This document shows, piece after piece, positions 44,676 to 53,981 of a stretch of DNA of 64,000 nucleotides. The notes under the pieces were generated by a model, which was given only the letters and a program-made list of their open reading frames with translations, did not search any database and was not told the origin of the DNA. The DNA is taken from positions 1 through 64,000 of the IMG/VR virus record IMGVR_UViG_2928768511_000002; one strand, 5' to 3'. Position numbers and translations under genes: made by a program. The stretch is from a virus (Duplodnaviria > Caudoviricetes). Position 1 is the stretch's first letter; each line of letters starts with the position of its first letter.

Positions 44676-45390
44676 ACTGGTGGGGATTCTTGACAAAATA
44701 CCCCACCTGTTCTTAGAAAAGGCCTACGATGCGACACGTCTACAAAACGAGTTAGACGCCATCGATCCGGCACTTTTCGTGCCCTTCCGTTCCAAGAGCA
44801 GAAACGCTGACCACATCGCCGAGTTCTGGCGAGGTCTTTCGCTGGTCGCTCCGAGCGGATCTCTCCATGACGATTTGACCGAGGTTCCATACGAAGGCCG
44901 TACAGGCTACGTCTGGACCCTGGTCGCCGAGAGCAGCCCCTACATCAAGCAGCTCGTGACCGAGCTTGGCGGGGAGGGGCAGCGCGCGCGGCTCATGTGC
45001 GTGAAGGCAGGCGGCAGTCTGACCTGGCACCGCCATGGATCAGAGCTTTCGATGATCGTCGGCGCCCACGGCCGGCGGCCGAACTGGTACGAGCTGATCG
45101 TCCACGTCCCCATCCGCACCAACCCGGACTTCAGCTACGAGGTCATCGACACTCGGGTCTACGAGCTGGCGGACTACTCGGCCGGGAAGCTGGAGATCCA
45201 CCGGAAGAACTACCCGCAGGGCGAGGCCTGGGCGTTCAACGGTGCTCACTACCACAACGTCTTCAACCGCTCCGAGACCGAAGACCGCTACGCCATCATG
45301 CTGACCCTCGACATCAGGATGAGGAAGACGTTCGACATCGTGTCGAAGGCGGTCGAGAGCTACGAGGGGCCACTCCTGACAGGGCTCTGA
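44659..45390 (+). CDS. Asp/Asn beta-hydroxylase-like Fe(II) oxygenase
   Basis: RARLMCV..GG.L.WHRH; HVPIRTNP; GEAWAFN..HYHNVFN....R. Confidence 0.8.
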   Translation: MSKFAELVGILDKIPHLFLEKAYDATRLQNELDAIDPALFVPFRSKSRNADHIAEFWRGLSLVAPSGSLHDDLTEVPYEGRTGYVWTLVAESSPYIKQLVTELGGEGQRARLMCVKAGGSLTWHRHGSELSMIVGAHGRRPNWYELIVHVPIRTNPDFSYEVIDTRVYELADYSAGKLEIHRKNYPQGEAWAFNGAHYHNVFNRSETEDRYAIMLTLDIRMRKTFDIVSKAVESYEGPLLTGL

Positions 45391-45391
45391 A

Positions 45392-45814
45392 ATGGAAACC
45401 ATCATCTCCGCGAAGCCGCCCGACGTGCTCGCGGACAACTTCATTGTCGCCACGAACGAAGACTGGGTTCGTGAGTGGCAAATCAAGAACAGCGGCGTGA
45501 TCGTCCCGATTCAGCCCGACTGGAAGCTGTACATGCAGCTGCAGCGGACATCGACCGGCGATCTTGGCGTGACGTGCTCTACCGACAATGGCCGCCTCGT
45601 GGTCGTCGATCAGGGCGCCGGCAAGTTCGGTCTCAGGCTGAAGCAGGCGGACGCCGCCCAGATCAGCCCTGCGGGCTACCAATATGACATCGTCCTCGTT
45701 GCTGGCGATGGCATCTACCGCCTGGTGACAGGCACCATCACGGTCGACCAGGGGATCACCAACATCCCCGGCCAGGAGAAGTGGATTCACTATCCGCTGA
45801 TCCTTCGACCGTAA
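45392..45814 (+). CDS. BppU N-terminal-like structural protein
   Basis: Ig-like pattern; G.F.L.L....A..I..AGY.YDIVL...GTITVDQGIT. Confidence 0.65.
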   Translation: METIISAKPPDVLADNFIVATNEDWVREWQIKNSGVIVPIQPDWKLYMQLQRTSTGDLGVTCSTDNGRLVVVDQGAGKFGLRLKQADAAQISPAGYQYDIVLVAGDGIYRLVTGTITVDQGITNIPGQEKWIHYPLILRP

Positions 45815-45839
45815 CTCATCGCCAACAACACACCTCCAC

Positions 45840-45869
45840 GCCGCCCCCTTCCGGGCGGCCTTTTTGTTT
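45840..45869 (+). terminator. Intrinsic terminator
   Basis: GCCGCCC/GGGCGGC stem followed by TTTTTGTTT. Confidence 0.7.
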
Positions 45870-45879
45870 GGGAGAACCC

Positions 45880-47307
45880 ATGACTCTGCAATACCTGCAC
45901 GGCATCGAGACGATCGAACTCGACAGCCCCTCCGGTCCGGTTGAGACCGTCAAGTCGAACGTGATCGGCTTGGTCGGCACCGCCCCGGACGCCGACCCGG
46001 ATCTCTTCCCGCTCAACACCCCGGTGCCGGTGTTCGCCGACGCGCTCAAGGCGGGCCAGCTCAAGTCGTCTGGCACGCTGCTCGACGCCGTAGACGCCGT
46101 CTACAGCCAGAAGTCGGCTGTGGTCGTGGTTGTCCGCGTCTCCGAAGGCGAGAGCCAGGAAGAGACCTGGTCCAACGCGGTCGGCTCGCCCAGCGGCAAG
46201 ACCGGCGTCTGGTCGCTGCTCAAGTCGCGTCCGATGCTGAAGGTCATCCCGAAGCTCCTGGTCGCGCCCGGCCTGACCTCGGGTCGTCCGACCAACGGCG
46301 TCAAGAACCTCGTCATCACCGACGACGGCCAGGACTACGTGCTCGCCAGCACGACCGTGTCGATCGCCGCTCCTCCGGCCGGCGGTCGGCAGGCGAAGGC
46401 GGTACCCCAGGTGGTCGGCGGCAAGCTGACCGGTCTGATCATCACCGACCCCGGCTTCGGCTACGTCGCTCCCCCGGCTGTGACGATCGGCGGCGCCGGC
46501 ACGGGCGCAACCGCAACGGCAACCCTCGGCCACGTCGCCAACCCGGTCGGCGTCTCGCTCGCGTCGATCGTTGACCGCCTCCGCGCGGTGGCGTTCCTCG
46601 ACGGCCCCGGCACGACCTACGAAGACGCGATCGAGTATCGCAACGACTACGGCAGCCAGCGCATCTCGATCGTCGACCCCGGCGTTCTGAGCTGGAACAC
46701 CGAGAACTCCGTCTACGTGACGAAGCCTGCCTCGGCTTACGCGGCCGGCATCCAGGCGCGCGTCGACGAGGAGAAGGGCTTCTGGTACTCGTTCTCGAAC
46801 GAGCTGATCCAGAACATCGGTGGCCCCGCCCGTCCGGTCGACTTCATGCCGAACGACCGCGACTGCGAGGCGAACATCCTCAACATGAACCAGATCACGA
46901 CCATCATCCACGATGATGGCTTCCGGTTCTGGGGTCTGCGCAACACCGGCACCGACGCCCTCTGGGCCCAGCTCTCGGTGCGCCGCACCGCGGACATGAT
47001 TTACGAGAGCCTGGAACGTGCTGAGCGTCCGCGCCTCGACAAGCCGTTCAGCTACGCGCTGCTCGACGGCATCACCGAGGACGTGAACGCCTACCTCCGC
47101 CTCCTCAAGTCTCGCGGCGCCCTGATCGGCGGCGAGTGCTGGATCGACAAGAACGTCAACACCCCGGCGACCTTCTCCGCGGGTGAGCTGACGGTTGACT
47201 TCGATCTCGAGCCTCCGGCTTGCTTGGAGCACCTCCAGTTCCGCGCGCGTCGCAACCCGAAGTACTACAACGACTTCATCGAAGAGTTCAGCCGACAGCT
47301 GGCGTAA
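45880..47307 (+). CDS. Tail sheath protein (P2 FI-like)
   Basis: YLHGIETIE; GLVGTAPDAD; GFRFWGLR; VRRTADMI. Confidence 0.93.
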   Translation: MTLQYLHGIETIELDSPSGPVETVKSNVIGLVGTAPDADPDLFPLNTPVPVFADALKAGQLKSSGTLLDAVDAVYSQKSAVVVVVRVSEGESQEETWSNAVGSPSGKTGVWSLLKSRPMLKVIPKLLVAPGLTSGRPTNGVKNLVITDDGQDYVLASTTVSIAAPPAGGRQAKAVPQVVGGKLTGLIITDPGFGYVAPPAVTIGGAGTGATATATLGHVANPVGVSLASIVDRLRAVAFLDGPGTTYEDAIEYRNDYGSQRISIVDPGVLSWNTENSVYVTKPASAYAAGIQARVDEEKGFWYSFSNELIQNIGGPARPVDFMPNDRDCEANILNMNQITTIIHDDGFRFWGLRNTGTDALWAQLSVRRTADMIYESLERAERPRLDKPFSYALLDGITEDVNAYLRLLKSRGALIGGECWIDKNVNTPATFSAGELTVDFDLEPPACLEHLQFRARRNPKYYNDFIEEFSRQLA

Positions 47308-47352
47308 GCGCTCTCGACGAAATCGCCCAAGCACCAACCCACAAGCCCAAGC

Positions 47353-47391
47353 AAGCCGATCCGGACTCCGGTCTGGGTCGGCTTTGTTTTT
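47353..47391 (+). terminator. Intrinsic terminator
   Basis: 14-bp stem followed by TGTTTTT. Confidence 0.7.
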
Positions 47392-47405
47392 GGCCGGAGA
47401 ATTAA

Positions 47406-47951
47406 ATGCCCACCACGACTCTGCGTGACTCCAACATCCTCCAGGACTTCACCGTCTGGATCGGTGACAACGGCAAAATCGGTGAAGCCCCCAACTTCCA
47501 GCCCCCGGAAATCAACATCAACACGGAAGAGTTCCGTGGCGGCGGCATGGACGGCACCATCGAAATCCCGATGGGTGTCGAGAAGATCGAGTTCGACTTC
47601 GAGCTGCACACCTGGGACGTGGACGTCTGGAACAACCTTGGCTACGGCCCCGGTTCGATCGACGTGCCCGTCAAGTTCTACGGCTACATGCTCACTCCGG
47701 GCGGCGCCGAGAAGGGCGTGCAGATCTACACGCGCAGCCTGATCAAGTCGATCAAGCCCAGCAAGGTCGAGCCCGGCAAGAAGGTGACGCTGAGCGTCCA
47801 TCTCGTGGCGAACTACTACCGCCAGGTGGTCGACGGCCGGAAGGTCACCGAGATCGACGTCTTCAACAAGGTCACCATCATCGGTGGTGAAGACAAGACC
47901 GCACGTGCCCGTACTCTGCTCGGCATCGGCGGCATCTCCAGCTCGCTCTAA
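47406..47951 (+). CDS. Tail tube protein (P2 FII-like)
   Basis: EEFRGGGMDG.IEI.MG.EK; EIDVFN. Confidence 0.92.
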   Translation: MPTTTLRDSNILQDFTVWIGDNGKIGEAPNFQPPEININTEEFRGGGMDGTIEIPMGVEKIEFDFELHTWDVDVWNNLGYGPGSIDVPVKFYGYMLTPGGAEKGVQIYTRSLIKSIKPSKVEPGKKVTLSVHLVANYYRQVVDGRKVTEIDVFNKVTIIGGEDKTARARTLLGIGGISSSL

Positions 47952-47974
47952 TCGATCGCGCTGAAACTATCCAG

Positions 47975-48006
47975 GGCCTCGCCATCCGGCGGGGCCTTTT
48001 CTTTTT
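47975..48006 (+). terminator. Intrinsic terminator
   Basis: 9-bp stem followed by TTTTCTTTTT. Confidence 0.75.
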
Positions 48007-48031
48007 CTGACAACACAAGGTGTGCAATACC

Positions 48032-48316
48032 ATGTCTACCCCCACCCTCCAGGTTTTCAATCTCCAGTTCCCGTTCGAGTACCGCGGCGCGCAGTACATC
48101 GAGTTCAAGGCTCGCCGGCCCCGCGTGCGCGACCTCCGAAACTTCATCAAGAACGTGGACAAGGACGGCGTCGCCGCCATGGAGAAGGTTCTCGCTGACC
48201 TGTGCGAGGTCGACGAGAAGATCATCTCTGAAATCGACATCGAAGACTTCGCCCCGATGAAGGCATGGTTCGAAGGTTTTTTGAAACCCATGCTGAACGA
48301 ATCGACCGAATCCTAA
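48032..48316 (+). CDS. Tail assembly chaperone (gpE/gp41-like)
   Basis: RRPRVRD...LA.LC......I..ID.EDF; position between tube and TMP. Confidence 0.85.
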   Translation: MSTPTLQVFNLQFPFEYRGAQYIEFKARRPRVRDLRNFIKNVDKDGVAAMEKVLADLCEVDEKIISEIDIEDFAPMKAWFEGFLKPMLNESTES

Positions 48317-48465
48317 GCGACTCGTTTCCCATCTTCGAGCGTTTCGGTTGGACGCTCGGAGATGTCGAGGGACTTGATTGGTTCGACTTCATGCTGGTCG
48401 CTGACGGCGTCCAGGAACTGAACAAGCGCGACGCTGAGGCTCGCGCCAGAGCGGCTCAGGGCTAA
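48277..48465 (+). other. Programmed -1 frameshift extension of tail chaperone (gpE+E')
   Basis: TTTTTTG at 48277-48283; -1 frame open to 48465 with FGWTLGDVEGLDWFDF. Confidence 0.8.
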
Positions 48466-48512
48466 CGCCCTGGGTCTTTTCTTTTTGATTCTACTCACCC
48501 CCGGAGCGGTTG

Positions 48513-51500
48513 ATGTCGACTGAACAGGAAATTCTCGATCTTAAGCTGAGGCTATCGGCTGAAGAGCGGGATATGCAGCCGATCAAGCGCTACATGCGCG
48601 ATCTGGAGCGCATGAACGAGCAGGCGAAGAAGCTCGCCAACGTCAAGCTCACCACGAATTTCATTGACGAGAGAACGCGCCGCCAAGTCATGGGCGCGAA
48701 CGCAGCGGTCGACACCCTGTCCCGCTCGATGATGGACACGGCGCGGGCCGCCAAGGCAGCTGGCAAGCTGACCCATACGGCCTACACGCAGCTGACCAAC
48801 GACATCCAGGCCAACGTCGACAAGCTGTCCCGGGCCACCTCCAAGAAAGATATCAACGACCTGAACGTCAGGCTGCGCCGGCAGATCAAGTATGCCGACG
48901 CCATGGCGGCTGTCCATAACTCGGCTGCCGAGCGGCGTGAGCAGATCGAGACCCGCATCCGTGACCGGATCGCCCGGGCTGACGATGCTGCTGAACGGGA
49001 GCGCGAGAGGAACGCCATCCGGACCGACAAATCGATCCTGCGAGAGCGTCAGCGCACCCGGCGCGAGCTGATCCAGAGCCTGAAGGGCGGCTACGACGGC
49101 ATGGTCGGTTTCGGCAACCGTGCCGCGATGTACAGCGCAGCTGCTGCGGCCGGCACCGGCTACGCGGCCAAGAGCGCTCTCTCCACCCGTATGCGGATGG
49201 ATACGGCCGAGACGAACATGCAAATCTTCGGCGGCCTGACGAAAGATCAGGTCGAGAAGATGCGGTCGACTTGGGGTGATGCCTCGGCCATCAAGTTTGG
49301 TCTCTCGCCCGACAAGATGATGGACGCCTTCACCGAAGTGGCGAAGGCTGGTATCCCTGACAGGATCGCCAAGGAAGTCACCGAGTCCATCATGAAGGCC
49401 TCGGTCGGCCTCGAAATGGATTCGGTCCAGACCACCAAGCTGGCCGGCGGCGCTGCCACCCTTCTGGGTGACATGAAGAACCTCGACCCGGCCAAACTGA
49501 CCTCGATCATGACGGCCATCGCGATCGCCGCTCGAGACTCGCGCGCGGACGCGAACGAAATCGTCGCAGCCAACCGTCGCGGTAGCTCCGTGATGAGCTT
49601 GGGCATGACCATGGAGGATCTGTCGGCATTCACGGCCGGCGGCATCTCGGCGGGCTTGCAGTCCAGCAAGACCGGTACCTTCATGGACTACATGGTGTCC
49701 GAACTCGTCAACGCGAAGTTCAAGAAGGGCGCTCGCGGCACGGCGCTCGGCGCTGCAGCCACCAAGCTCGGAATGGGCGGCAAGGCCGGTCTCTCGGCCG
49801 CCGCGGTTGCGAACCCGACCGAAACGCTCATGACCATCTTGGACAAGATGGGCGAGATGTCCGAGCAGGACCGCTCGAAAGTCGCCTACCAGATCGGCCA
49901 GCGTGAGTGGAGCGGCGAGCTGATGCAGTTCGTCCAGGTTCGCGAGAAGATCCGCGAGCTGCTCGGCGCCATCAAGGACCCGAAGAACAAGAACTACCTC
50001 GACGAAGCTTCGGAGAAGAAGCTCAAGTCGCTGAAGGGCCGCTGGAACTCGCTGATCGCTTCCTGGACTCTGCTCTGGGAAACGATGGGCGCCGGCCTCG
50101 AACAGTCCTTCAATGAGATCGTTCCGTGGCTGACGAACTGGATCGCGAAGCTCGACAAAAGCAAGATCCGCAAGGCCGTCGAGAAGGCCATGGAGGGCAT
50201 CGTCAAGGGTCTCGGCTTCGACAGCTGGACCGACCTGCTGGAGAAGACTCTCGGCGATCCGGAAAAGCTCAAGGTCAACGCGGAGCTGTTCTTCAAGGTG
50301 GCCAAGGGGTTCACCGAGGGCCTGACGAACGTCTTCACCGCCGTTGGAAAGGTGTTCACCTTCCTCGGCAAGATGTTCGGAGTCGACACCGCTGATCCGG
50401 AGGCGATGGCTCGGTTTGTCGCTGAGTTCCTCGGCTTCACGATCGCTCTGCGCTTCATCGCGCCGGTCCTCGGCACGCTGTGGACGCTGGCGGAGATCAT
50501 CGTCAAGATCGGCAAGGCGCTCGGCGCCGCCAAGCTCGCAAAGGGCGCGGTTGGTGCGATCGCCGGAAAGATCGGCGATGCCGGATCTGGAGCACTCGCT
50601 GGCGCTGGAAAGCTGCTCGGTGGCCTCGGCATCCTGCAGCTGCTGGAAGACACATTCGGCCAAGGCCAGTCCAACAGCACCGAAGCGACGAAGGCCCTGA
50701 TCGACGAGCTGAAGAAGGCTCGCGAGCAGAAGGAAAAGGACAAGGCTGCCAAGCTCGAAAAGCAGTCGAGCATCGGCGAAGAGGTGAAGCAGCTGGGCAA
50801 GAACATCGAGAAGGTCGCCTTCCGGGGCGGCCTCACCGATTTCAGCTCCGTCAACCGCGGTGGCGGCATCATGAACGCTTCCTACACCACCAGCTCAGGT
50901 GGCGGTGGAGGCGGGCTGTCTGGCAATGTCCTCTCGGGCGCCGGCACTCCCAACGCGCTGCTCAACAGCACGCCGGGGCAGGCTCTGCCGAACTTCGGCG
51001 TCGGATCTGGTGGCATCATCAAACGTGACGGCATCCCGTCGTTCAGCGGCGGTGGCGGCAGCTCGACGAGCGGCAGCGTGCCGAGCGTTGGCAGCAGCGT
51101 GCCAAGCATTGGTGGAGCACCGGCCGGCGGACCCGCCGACATGAGTGTCGGCCAGGGTCTCAGTGGTAATGCGTTCCTCCAAGCGCGCCGCGCAAAGTTC
51201 GCCGAGGAGATCAAGAACGATCCGAACTTGAGGCTGCACCTCGCTGCCATGCAGCAGACTGAGGGAGTCAGCAAGGGCGGAACGATCGAGAGCCTCATGA
51301 ACCGTGCAGACATGCAGGGGAAGACGCTGCGACAGATGCTAGGCTTTTCGGCCGATGGCGTTCGCAGCACCGACAAGTACGGTAGGCAGAACAGCTTCTA
51401 CGGTCCCATCCGTCGTGGTGAGATCTATGGTGCAATCCGCAGGATGCAGGCCAATCCGGCGGAGTTCGCGAAGTACGACGCCTTCACCCAGCGCGCTCTT

Positions 51501-51944
51501 GCAGGCGGTCATGTCATCGGTGGCTACACCGATCAAGGCTTGGCCACCGATCCCAACGGATCGGCGAGGACCGGTATCAAGGGGTTCAAGATCAGCCCCA
51601 AGGACGGCAACGAGTTCACCGACTGGGTTGGTCCCGGATCGAGCTGGGGTCGTGGTCGCGCTGGTGCGATGAACTACCGTAGGTTCATCGAGCAGGGCAT
51701 CGCCGGTAGCGGCGACGCTCCGATCGGCTCCGTTCCGACGCCCAGCTCGATCACGAGTAAGGTGCCAGAGGTGCCGGCCGGTCAGACACTCGGCCCCGGA
51801 ATGATGCGCGGCGGCTTCGGCCCCTCGACCATCAACATCAACGGCAACAGCCACGATCCGGAAGCTCTAGCGAACCTCGTGCAGCGTCGCATCGACGAGT
51901 CGATGCAGTGGCGCATGCACGACACCGAGTCCGAATACACCTAA
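48513..51944 (+). CDS. Tape measure protein
   Basis: About 1140 aa, helical, TP901-like core; Gly-rich linker; C-terminal globular domain. Confidence 0.92.
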   Translation: MSTEQEILDLKLRLSAEERDMQPIKRYMRDLERMNEQAKKLANVKLTTNFIDERTRRQVMGANAAVDTLSRSMMDTARAAKAAGKLTHTAYTQLTNDIQANVDKLSRATSKKDINDLNVRLRRQIKYADAMAAVHNSAAERREQIETRIRDRIARADDAAERERERNAIRTDKSILRERQRTRRELIQSLKGGYDGMVGFGNRAAMYSAAAAAGTGYAAKSALSTRMRMDTAETNMQIFGGLTKDQVEKMRSTWGDASAIKFGLSPDKMMDAFTEVAKAGIPDRIAKEVTESIMKASVGLEMDSVQTTKLAGGAATLLGDMKNLDPAKLTSIMTAIAIAARDSRADANEIVAANRRGSSVMSLGMTMEDLSAFTAGGISAGLQSSKTGTFMDYMVSELVNAKFKKGARGTALGAAATKLGMGGKAGLSAAAVANPTETLMTILDKMGEMSEQDRSKVAYQIGQREWSGELMQFVQVREKIRELLGAIKDPKNKNYLDEASEKKLKSLKGRWNSLIASWTLLWETMGAGLEQSFNEIVPWLTNWIAKLDKSKIRKAVEKAMEGIVKGLGFDSWTDLLEKTLGDPEKLKVNAELFFKVAKGFTEGLTNVFTAVGKVFTFLGKMFGVDTADPEAMARFVAEFLGFTIALRFIAPVLGTLWTLAEIIVKIGKALGAAKLAKGAVGAIAGKIGDAGSGALAGAGKLLGGLGILQLLEDTFGQGQSNSTEATKALIDELKKAREQKEKDKAAKLEKQSSIGEEVKQLGKNIEKVAFRGGLTDFSSVNRGGGIMNASYTTSSGGGGGGLSGNVLSGAGTPNALLNSTPGQALPNFGVGSGGIIKRDGIPSFSGGGGSSTSGSVPSVGSSVPSIGGAPAGGPADMSVGQGLSGNAFLQARRAKFAEEIKNDPNLRLHLAAMQQTEGVSKGGTIESLMNRADMQGKTLRQMLGFSADGVRSTDKYGRQNSFYGPIRRGEIYGAIRRMQANPAEFAKYDAFTQRALAGGHVIGGYTDQGLATDPNGSARTGIKGFKISPKDGNEFTDWVGPGSSWGRGRAGAMNYRRFIEQGIAGSGDAPIGSVPTPSSITSKVPEVPAGQTLGPGMMRGGFGPSTININGNSHDPEALANLVQRRIDESMQWRMHDTESEYT

Positions 51945-51953
51945 ACGAAAATC

Positions 51954-51985
51954 ACCCTGGCCCTACGGGGCCGGGGTTTCCCTTT
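51954..51985 (+). terminator. Terminator-like hairpin
   Basis: ACCCTGGCCC-TACG-GGGCCGGGGT followed by TTCCCTTT. Confidence 0.55.
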
Positions 51986-52003
51986 CACCTTTCAGAGGAC
52001 TTC

Positions 52004-52528
52004 ATGGCAAACGTACTTATGGGCCTCGGCTCTTTGAACCCGGTTGCGCCGGGCGAGGACCCCACGACCGGCCTTATCCTCTTCTACGTTCCGCTGCCCG
52101 GCGTCGACACTCCGACGTTCGAGTCATTGCAGCGCGACGCCCAATTCACCTGGGTCTCCGCCGACCGACTGTCGCGAGATCCTGCGATGCAGTTCGTCGG
52201 TCCCGGCGAAGAGCAGTTCGTCGTCGAAGGCAAGATGTATCCGTACCATTTCGGCGGCCTGTCCACCCTTCAGCGGCTGCGCGAGGCAGGCCGCGCCGGC
52301 AAGCCTATGATGCTCGGCCGGTTCTACCCGCTGACCGATCCGGTCGGATACTCCCTGGAGAACCTCGGCAACTTCGTCATCAAGCGCGTGCGTTCGGTCG
52401 AGAGTAAGATCGGAGCGGTCGGTATCGCTCACAAGATCGACTTCACACTCGAGTTGAGCCGTTACGGCGACGACCTCGGCAAGAACGCTGCTGACGAGGC
52501 GCCGATCACCACGAGGATCAATCTCTGA
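52004..52528 (+). CDS. Tail protein, P2 gpU-like
   Basis: LMGLG; LQR...W....RL...PA.QFVGPGEE...G..YP. Confidence 0.85.
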   Translation: MANVLMGLGSLNPVAPGEDPTTGLILFYVPLPGVDTPTFESLQRDAQFTWVSADRLSRDPAMQFVGPGEEQFVVEGKMYPYHFGGLSTLQRLREAGRAGKPMMLGRFYPLTDPVGYSLENLGNFVIKRVRSVESKIGAVGIAHKIDFTLELSRYGDDLGKNAADEAPITTRINL

Positions 52529-52755
52529 TGGCGACGGTCACCTACGTCACGAAGATGTTCGATCGCCTCGATCGCATCTGCTTCGAGCGATACGGCTCGA
52601 CCTCAAATCAGATCGTCGAGTGGGTCATCGAACAGAACCCGGGCATCGAGGAGCGCGGCATGGTCCTGCCTCTCGGGCTCAAGATCGATCTTCCAGAGGC
52701 GCCCCGCACGCTCACCGCTCCCCCGGTGCTGAAGAAGGTCTTCCTCTGGGAATAA
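52528..52755 (+). CDS. Tail protein X (LysM-like)
   Basis: D.LD.IC...YG......V..NPG......LP.G..I.LP...LWE. Confidence 0.9.
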   Translation: MATVTYVTKMFDRLDRICFERYGSTSNQIVEWVIEQNPGIEERGMVLPLGLKIDLPEAPRTLTAPPVLKKVFLWE

Positions 52756-52783
52756 TTCCCCCTGGCTCATATTTGGGTCAGAC

Positions 52784-52815
52784 AGGCCGTCCTTCGGGGC
52801 GGCCTTTTTCTTTTT
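52784..52815 (+). terminator. Intrinsic terminator
   Basis: 9-bp stem, TTCG loop, T tract. Confidence 0.75.
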
Positions 52816-52826
52816 GGAGAGTGTGC

Positions 52827-53963
52827 GTGCCCACAGGTTACACCCCGATCTACCGCATCTACAAAGGCGGGGTCGACATCACCGACCGCTTCAATGATCG
52901 GTGTACCCAGATCAAGGTCGATCTGACGGCCGGCGGCGGCGACTCCGACCACTGCACCATCACCCTTGACGATCGCGACTGGGCGATCTCGCGCCCTTTC
53001 CCCGGCGAGACGCTGGGCATCTGGCTGGGATACGAGGAGATCGGACTTGCCTTCATGGGCACGTTCAACATCTCCGACGTCATCTTCACCGGTCCACCGC
53101 GCGCGATCCAGCTGGTCGGCGAGTCCGCAGGTTTGAACGACTTGCAGAAGGCTCCGGTAGTCAAGGAGTTCGCCAACCAATCGCTCGGCGACATCCTCGG
53201 AAGCATGGCCGGGCAGAGCGGTCTCGGGTCCGCGATCGGCGGAAATCTCGCCGGCATCACGATCCCGTTCAAGAACCAGATCACCAGCAACTACCACATG
53301 ATCCATGAGCTGGAGCGCATGTACGGCGCCGTCGCGAAGGTCGTGAATGGACAGCTGCTGTTCATCAAGCGCGACGGGCTAAAGAGCGCAAGCGGCGTCG
53401 ATATGGCAACGCTGATCCTTAACCCCGCGCACTTCGGCCAGTGGAGCGTCAAGCACTCCAGCCGTCCAACCGCGGGCTCCGTGCAGGCGTCATGGTGGGA
53501 CGACAAGGACATGATCCGACGCTGGGTCGACCACGCTGCCGGCGGCAAGGACTCTGGAGGCCAGACCTTCGGTGGTCCCGTCCAGCTCGGCGGAGTCTTC
53601 AACAGCGCCGCAGAAGCGCTGGCAGCCGCGCAATCCAAAATGGAAGCGCTCAAGCGGGCAGAAATGACCGCGAAGTTCGATCTCGCCAAAGGCGATCCCT
53701 GGATCCGAGATCAGCAAGCAATTCTCGTCACCGGAATGAGAGATGGCATCGACGGAGGTTTCCTCGTCGACAAAGCCACCCACACCTACGTCAGATCTTC
53801 GGGCATCAAGACGACGCTCGAATGCAAGGCGTCTGGACCAGGCGATAACCTGGCGTTGGCGAGCAAGGAGTTTCTCCAGCCGATCGGGAACGAAACTGTA
53901 GGCGACCTTCTGAGTCACGGACTCGTGCCGCCAAACATCAAAGACATCTACCCGATCATGTAA
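52827..53963 (+). CDS. Baseplate hub, P2 gpD-like
   Basis: GTG after GGAG; DITDRF...D...ITLDDRD; LGYEE.GL..MG.F. Confidence 0.88.
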   Translation: MPTGYTPIYRIYKGGVDITDRFNDRCTQIKVDLTAGGGDSDHCTITLDDRDWAISRPFPGETLGIWLGYEEIGLAFMGTFNISDVIFTGPPRAIQLVGESAGLNDLQKAPVVKEFANQSLGDILGSMAGQSGLGSAIGGNLAGITIPFKNQITSNYHMIHELERMYGAVAKVVNGQLLFIKRDGLKSASGVDMATLILNPAHFGQWSVKHSSRPTAGSVQASWWDDKDMIRRWVDHAAGGKDSGGQTFGGPVQLGGVFNSAAEALAAAQSKMEALKRAEMTAKFDLAKGDPWIRDQQAILVTGMRDGIDGGFLVDKATHTYVRSSGIKTTLECKASGPGDNLALASKEFLQPIGNETVGDLLSHGLVPPNIKDIYPIM

Positions 53964-53981
53964 ATCCCCAACGAGAGTCAA

